NCBI GenBank assembly: GCA_964016885.1
Contig: OZ024740.1
Location: 53,754,001 to 53,818,000, forward strand
Source: Eledone cirrhosa
Taxonomy: Eukaryota
Direction of reading: 5' to 3'
DNA: 64,000 nt
Shown: positions 56,317 to 64,000 of the stretch, piece after piece
Layout of the letters: each line of letters begins with the position of its first letter
Numbering within the stretch: the first letter of the stretch is position 1
The notes under the pieces: model-generated
What the model was told of the DNA's origin: nothing
The model's input: only the letters and a program-made list of their open reading frames with translations
The model's database searches: none
Position numbers and translations under genes: made by a program

Positions 56317-56608
56317 CATATATATATATATACATATATATATATTCATATATATACATACATATATATTTATATATATACATATATATATCTATATTCA
56401 TATATATACATATATATATCTATATTCATATATATACATATATATATCTATATTCATATATATATACATATATATATATATATTCATATATATACATACA
56501 TTACATACATATTCATATATATATATATATATACGTACATACTTATACATACATATATACATACATATATATATATATATATACGTACATACTTATACAT
56601 ACATATAT

Positions 56609-56965
<357 letters not shown>

Positions 56966-57079
56966 TTATATTTCTATATTTATATATATACCCCAGCAAC
57001 AAACAAGGAAGTAAAATATCATCACCCCTGGATGGACATTACAACTTCCCTCCCATAAGGAGATACCAAGGAAATTTCT

Positions 57080-57530
57080 TCACCTAATGACCTCAAATTA
57101 AGACCTACAATAGCAGGTTCCACTTGCAAAACCCACCGCCTCAGCAACTTCCTGGATACTCTATTGAAACCATTCCTTGAAAGCCACATAAGGGGTTTAT
57201 GCTAACCTAGTCATGGGGTACCACCCTCTACCGTAATATACTAGAAAATGCAGAAACTATTACCTGCTTATAGAAAATAACCGGAAGAAATATCTAGATG
57301 ATTGTTTCATCCTTTAGCATGACAGTAGAGAGAGACTTAAAGAATGTAATGCACTTCTAAATGGATTTAACACAAACATTCAATTTACGATGGAATACAG
57401 CCATCAACAACTTCCTTTCCTCGAAATCCTTATTAATATAACTAACAAGAAAATAGAAACAGACATACACTATAAGTCCACGGACTCCAAGCAATATCTT
57501 CCGTTCAACTCATGCCATCCGAGACACACT
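57080..57530 (+). pseudogene. Internally deleted Penelope-like reverse transcriptase
   Basis: LKLRPTIAGSTCKTHRLSNFLDTLLKPFL, YANLVMGY, KYLDDCFIL*, IQFTME..LPFLEI..TDIHYKSTDSKQYLPFNSCHPRHT. Confidence 0.88.
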
Positions 57531-58428
57531 AATATGTATATATATATGTATATACATGTATATACATGTATATATATGTATATGTGAGAATTGTGTATAT
57601 ACATATGCGTGTATATCCATACAATTTGATTGCACTTATGTATAGTGATTATCCCAATGATTCCTGACAGATAGACATATAATTAACAGCCATAAATACA
57701 TAACAGGTAATCTTATAAAACTTATATAAAAAATGTTGTTTAATAACATAAAATGTGTATAACATAAAATTTCCTTTAATATCTTAACAATTATAACATT
57801 TTTAAGATTGCTATATCTTAAATTAAATTAAAGAATCCTTTATGCTTTGTGTGTATATATTATATACGTAGTTAGCTATGTTATGTATTTTATAAGTGTG
57901 TATATATATTTATATGTATTTTTACGTGTGTATACGTGTTATATGATATGTAGTTCTCTAGCAATATATGGATTTCTTAATGTATAGATCCCAATTTTTA
58001 ATATATTGATCTCAATTTTTAAATGATTAACTAAACATCTAATCATATTTAAACAATGATTAATTTCCCATATTATATATGTATATTCCATTCATGATTA
58101 TTAACATTTCTAATTTTATTTATTCATTTCATATCAATTGTTAAGTTAACTCAACAAGATATGACTTAGAGTTTTCGTTCTCTCCCCTTCTCTTTGTCTC
58201 CTCTCTCTCTATATCATTCTCTCTCTGTTGTTTTGGTCTCTCTCTCTCTCTCTTTTTTCTCTCTCTCTTTTTCTCTCTCTCCTTCTTTTTCTTTCTCTGT
58301 AACTCAACGAAAATATCCAATACTAATAATAATATAAGTAAACAACTCCACTATCCGGGAGCTTCCAACAGTAATGGTTGCATGTTTAAGGGTATGTCAA
58401 TATTTATTTATAAAACTGATCTATATTA

Positions 58429-58493
58429 TATTTTGTCTGATGAAAGCACACCATAATTTAACTTGGTGTCCTTGAAATATGTATAATGAAATA
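58429..58493 (+). ncRNA. Type I hammerhead ribozyme (family F)
   Basis: TATTTTGT-CTGATGA-AAGCACACCA..TGGTGTCCTT-GAAA-TATGT-ATA-ATGAAATA. Confidence 0.8.
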
Positions 58494-58552
58494 AATATGG
58501 TTTTATAAATATAGTTTCCATTTGTTAATATCGTATATATATATATATATAT

Positions 58553-58860
58553 ATTTATTAAAATAGCAGATTATCATCGTTTTTTCCCGTTCTTTGCCAG
58601 GGAACGTTTCCACGAACCAAAGTATCGTCTTCCTGTCTTCCTCCGGTTGCAACGTTTTTTGAAATATTCGCTTCTGAGTTCACAGATTGACTTTTTTAGT
58701 TTCAGAAGATCCCGTTAAGGGTGAAAGCAGCGATTCTTTGCTTAAACTTTAATCTGTTATTTTAATAAATATTTGCCCTACAGTTCTTATATATTTGATA
58801 TATATTTATCCTTATCCAGTCCTCTTTGGATTTTAGTCTTCAAATTTATTATTATTACTA
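58553..58860 (+). mobile_element. Family A pLTR with short inverted arm and full tail
   Basis: ATTTATTAAAATAGCAGATTA is an inverted arm; the body is the reverse complement of 36405-36600. Confidence 0.85.
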
Positions 58861-59026
58861 TATATATATATTCCGATGATTTGATCAGAGAGGCACGCAG
58901 TAATTAAGGTCGAGTGACACAATTTCGAGTGATCAGCAGCCTTTAGACTCACTTGATCAATCAACAATTGTTAATACTATAAATAAAACCCTTTTTGTAC
59001 AGCCGACCATGTTATTCTTCACACTT

Positions 59027-59115
<89 letters not shown>

Positions 59116-59247
59116 TAGAGGTTATATTTAATCTGTTGGGATACAACGAGCAAAATATTTTTATAACTGATATAAACCACTCAACAAATTATTGGAGTAA
59201 GTATACAATATATTAACAAATGGAAACTATATTTATAAAACCATATT

Positions 59248-59410
59248 TATTTCATTATATATATTTCAAGGGCCACCAGAGAAAACAATGGTGCGCTCTC
59301 ATCAGATAAAATATAATATTTATTTATAAAACTAACCTATATTATATTTTATCTGATGAAAGAGCACCATAGTTTGCTCTGGTGGCCCTTGAAATATGTA
59401 TAATGAAATA
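59248..59410. ncRNA. Back-to-back family F hammerheads (59248-59313 minus, 59345-59410 plus) in fold-back 59116-59452
   Basis: Both show TATTTTAT-CTGATGA-..GCACCA..TGGTGGCCCTT-GAAA-TAT(A/G)T-ATA-ATGAAATA. Confidence 0.8.
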
Positions 59411-59465
59411 AATATGGTTTTATAAATATAGTTTCCATTTGTTAATATATTGTATATATATATAA

Positions 59466-59585
<120 letters not shown>

Positions 59586-59600
59586 ATATATATATTTATA

Positions 59601-59669
<69 letters not shown>

Positions 59670-60342
59670 TGAGAGAGAGAGATTGGTATATTGGTATATG
59701 TGTGTGTGTATATGTCTGAAACTATCTGTGTGTTTTGTATATATATATATATATACCGTTCCTGATAATCTCATTTGAAGAAACCGTTCTTGTTTTGTAG
59801 ATGTCCCTTCCATATATAATAAAATACCTATACTCTACCAACGTATTGAGAATATTTTAAAACTATAATTACCCCAGATACCACTTGGGAACATATATAT
59901 GCACAATTATTAATCTATATAAATATTTATACACTTATAACCTATTGTAATATAATAAGATAAAATAAACTTACAACAATAATTCTTCATATAATCTAAT
60001 TGATTCTATATACAATATTATAACTCATATTATAGCTAAATAAATTTAAATTCTGGAATCATATTCCACCATTTCACCAAATTGTTAATTCCTTTTAAAT
60101 TAAATACAAGCTCGTCTTTCTTTTTTCTTCTTCCTACATACATATATCCTAATTATTTAAATTCTGCATAGCGTCAAAAATAAGTTTTTTTTTAGCCCTA
60201 TACCTCAACCTCATTTGCATACTCAACTTAATAATTTGAAATATCTTACTTTTCTTCTCTTACCCCTTCACTATCCAGGGAAAAACTTTAACAGTTAAGG
60301 TATCTTTCCTTGGTTATGTCAAAATTTATAAAACAAACTTTG

Positions 60343-60403
60343 TATTTTATCTGATGAAAGCGTACCAAGGTTTTGGTACCCTTGAAATATATATAATAGA
60401 ATA
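60343..60403 (+). ncRNA. Type I hammerhead ribozyme (family F)
   Basis: TATTTTAT-CTGATGA-AAGCGTACCAA(GGTT)TTGGTACCCTT-GAAA-TATAT-ATA-ATAGAATA. Confidence 0.85.
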
Positions 60404-61618
60404 AATATGGTTTTATAAATATAGTTTCAATTTATTTAATATCATTGAATATTATACTCCAGGTCGAGTGCTCTGAATCAGTTATAATCCCTTTTGCTTG
60501 TATATATATATATATATACAGAGGTATTCACAGTAAGTTGTGGGGTCTATTTTGCATGAAGAACTCGATGTAATCCATATGTTGAAAATGTTGTAGGTTA
60601 AGATAAATCTCGGAAAACAATAAAACATTAAAAGGAAAGCAGAGTCATGATATAAGTTAAAACAATTAAATAAAAAATCAAGTCATTAGATATATACTTC
60701 ACTGCTTTACGATCGTTTCTAGATGAAGATAATACATTGTAGCTAGACTCAGTATTTGATCTATGTAAGGTTAGTTACAAACTATCAGATAAAGAGAATA
60801 TTTACTTACATGCATATCACCAGCTGATTTCAAAAGCAATAATAATTTTTATTGAATAATGATTTTATTCAGAATTAGTAGTATGTTAGTATAATGTCCT
60901 TATTTGGAGGTGGTTGAAGAACTAGCGAATCAAATTGTTTTTTTCATATGGTGTTAAGATGAAAAGTAATATACTTTAGTTGAGGTCATGACCTTTGAAA
61001 GGAATGGTTGAGGCGTGTTAATAGTAGATTTGGCATAAAAATCTATTAGGAGGAAAGGGATTGTCAAACTGATAGTTGAATGTATCTGGTATAGTGAAGT
61101 TAAAAAGAATGTCAAAATAAATGGTGATTAGTGTTGTATTGAGTTTCAAGGTGAATATAAATTAAGGTTATGGCCAGGAAAGTTAGTATATTAAGAGATG
61201 AAAATTATAATAAGATAATTAAATACAGTAATGCGATAATATACAACTTAACCAACACAATATAGTACTGTGTGGTAAATTGAATTTAGTATAATATAGC
61301 ATATGATACGCTCTAAAATACTATCAAGTATGTTTATGCATAAATAATCAAACTCAGATAAATACAGGTTGGCATATTTAAAACACATAAATTTCATAGA
61401 TTACAAAGTGCATATACCCACACTATATATATAGAGAGGTACAGTTAAATTGATATCCAACCAAAAATATACATATGCACAAATAGACGCAAATCTAAAT
61501 ACACATTTACACGCATGCATATAATCATATACATACATATCCATACATATCTATATCCACATACACATCTATACCCACATATATACATATATATACACAC
61601 GCACACACTCATACATAC

Positions 61619-61651
<33 letters not shown>

Positions 61652-61672
61652 TATATATATATATACATATAC

Positions 61673-61707
<35 letters not shown>

Positions 61708-61711
61708 TATG

Positions 61712-62090
61712 AAAAACAAGGGGAGAAGAATACTGCATGGTTGCACATGGATTACATATTATAAAATTAGTCCATCATCAGTGATTTGCCAACCATTATT
61801 GGTATTTCATCGTATTAAAAATCAGATACTTCAGGTTGGTGCGAGCAATAACTAAAATAAGCTATTGGGACAAGTGAAACGCGTAAAGCGAGTGAGACAA
61901 GTAAACAACAGAAGGAAAAGCAAACCGAAGGTTGGGAAAACAGCAAGCCACATGATAGTTATCCGATCAGCGTAAGCTGGGTGAATTTCATGAGCAGTCA
62001 GAGAAGGATACCGTACGCCGTGAATGCGGTGTGAGAAAGAAGGAACCCCACTACTAGCGAACGGGAAGAAGTGAGAAGGGGAGAAACAGA
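61712..62090 (-). mobile_element. Family L diverged copy
   Basis: TTAGTCC.TCATCAGTGAT..CCAACCAT.ATTGGTATTTCATCG..GGTTGGTGCGAGCAA is shared with 41051-41410. Confidence 0.75.
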
Positions 62091-62269
62091 TACATACATA
62101 TACATATATATATATATACATACACACACACACACACATATATATATACATGTGTGAGCATATGTACACTCCTCATACATGTGCACATACTCATATATAA
62201 ACACACATACACCCATACTCACACATACTCTCACACATACACCCACCCACACCCCGACACACACATATA

Positions 62270-64000
62270 TATATCTATCTATCTAAGGCGGGTAAAATTC
62301 CCGAGATCCATGGACGAGTTCTCTCCAGCGGTCTCTGTCCCTCATTATCGCTGCCATATCCTGCATCTCCAACAGACCAGTGTCTGTCCTTAGGGCATCA
62401 ACATATGTTAACCTTGGTCTTCCTCTTCTAGTGTGTCCATGTAGGGGCTCCCAAAGGAGCACTGAGTGCAATGTCAACTCTGGATGTCGGTGAGCATGTC
62501 CAGCCAATCTCAGTCTTCTCTGTGTCACTTTTGAGCTGACTTTTGGGATGCTCCCATACAGCTCTGAGTTTTTCATCCTCAGTGTATACTGATTAATGTT
62601 CAGAGCCATCCTCAGCATTCTCGTGTAGCACCCATCCACCATCTGAGTGAGTCTCTTGGTCAGTGTCCAAGTCTCAGACCCATACAGCAGCACAGACTCC
62701 ACTACAGCAATGAAGAGGCGGATTTTCAGTCTCTACGAAGGTCCGACTTCCACACCGACCTCAAGCTGTGACACGCCGCCCAGGCCTTGCTCTTCCTCTC
62801 AACCACATCATCCTCCGTATTACCAATCTTTGCTCCCAAATACAGGAAGTCCTCAACCAATTCCAGCGGCTTCCCGCCTACATTAGTGATCCCCTCTGGC
62901 TTCTCAACATTCTCTACCAGATATTTTGTTTTAGTCTCATTCATTCTCAGCCCCACACTCATCGACACAGTCTCAACCTCCCGCATCAAATCCTCTGCCT
63001 CCTTCACTGTATTTGTCACCAAAACTATGTCGTCGGCAAATTCAGCATCCGATACCTTTTTCGCCCCAACTCTCCTGCTCTGAGCCGGTGCTACAGTAAA
63101 GCCAGAGTCCTGGTGTTTCTCCAGTGCAAGGCGCATACAATAGTCCACTACGATGATAAAAAGGTAGGGAGCCAATGTATCTCCCTGGAGCACTCCAGCC
63201 AGTATCTAAAAGAACTCTGTCATCCCATCAGGTGTAATGACTTGGGCTTTGGTGTTGGTGTAGAGCAGTGATATCAGGTCCACTATCCTCTTGGGGATTC
63301 CATAAGCCTGTAAGATCTTCTTCAGGCAGTAACGGTCCACAGAAACAAAGGCCTTCCTAAAGTCAATGAAAACCATGACCGCAGGAAGGCACTTTGCTCT
63401 AGCTCCCTCTAATATCCTCCTCAGCATCAGGATGTGACTGGTGGTTGATCTACCCTCTCTGAAGCCGTTCTGGTTGTCCCTGAGCTTCTTCTCCATCTCA
63501 GGCTGGGTCCTGTTAAGAATCATCCTGTTGAGGGTCTTTGCCACAAGTGACGTCAGTGAGATCCCCCGGTAGTTGTTGGTGTTAGAGAGATCTCCCTTCT
63601 TTGGCACTGGGACGATGTTACTGATCCTCCACTGATTCGGGGCAACTCCTTTCTCCAGTGCCCCGTTACAGAACCCCAGGAAGATTTCATCAAAATCACA
63701 CCTCTTCATCACCTCTGATGCCACTCCATCCTCTCCATGAGCCTTGCCCTCCTTGATCTTCTTTTTGGCTCTCTGAAGCTCCTCTCTGGTGAAGGGCTCT
63801 GTGTCAACATCCAGTTCCTCAAACAGCCGCCTGATCTCCCCAGTGCTCTGGGCTGTGGAGGGTGGCTCTCCTAGTAGGGTCCTAAAATGGTCTAGCCATT
63901 TCCACTTCCTATCCTCGGGCACCGTTCCCTGGATCTGACTCGAACACCTTTTCTTCCTCCCTGTGATCTCGTTGATGATCATCCAGCTCTCCTTACATCC
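62270..64000 (-). mobile_element. Young RTE-type non-LTR retrotransposon (RT domain and C-terminus), running off the window end
   Basis: VPVPKKGD..NYRGISL, QNGFREGRST, FIDFRKAF, GVLQGDTLAPYLF, FADD, FLYLG, LLYGSETW, RRLRLAGH, RRGRP, DRDRWR. One in-frame TAG at 63206 and one frameshift near 62730 split the ORF; (TAGA)n tail. Confidence 0.93.

Noticed and set aside
62647-63271. Plus-strand ORFs of 79-167 aa
   Set aside because: Antisense shadows of the RTE reverse transcriptase ORF.

Overview
Very AT-rich, microsatellite-saturated animal DNA with no host protein-coding gene that I can support. The SINE types and (TA)n/(CA)n density resemble octopus/cephalopod genomes (inference). Almost all ORFs in the supplied track are artefacts of (TA)n/(CA)n runs. 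Real coding remnants are retroelement or transposon fragments: three Penelope-like element (PLE) fragments (RT thumb + GIY-YIG at 37414-38400, GIY-YIG at 55399-55620, RT at 57080-57530), a near-intact RTE-type LINE (62283-64000), older RTE fragments, a hAT BED-finger fragment and tRNA-type SINEs. The main hidden signal lies in the short unique-looking islands between (TA)n runs. They belong to at least 12 dispersed families, and most carry type I hammerhead ribozyme (HHR) motifs. I count by eye roughly 25-30 motifs, about half intact or near intact. They are inserted as two-armed fold-backs whose arms end at fixed family-specific TA sites. Three non-coding families occur as head-to-tail monomers of about 525, 636 and 667 nt (retrozyme/circRNA-like). 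Several families share non-canonical cores (U4C; U10.1-U11.1) and a common 3'-subterminal GAGYRCT motif, and some insertions join arms from different families or from flanking host DNA. Family letters are my own labels. All alignments and folds were done by eye.
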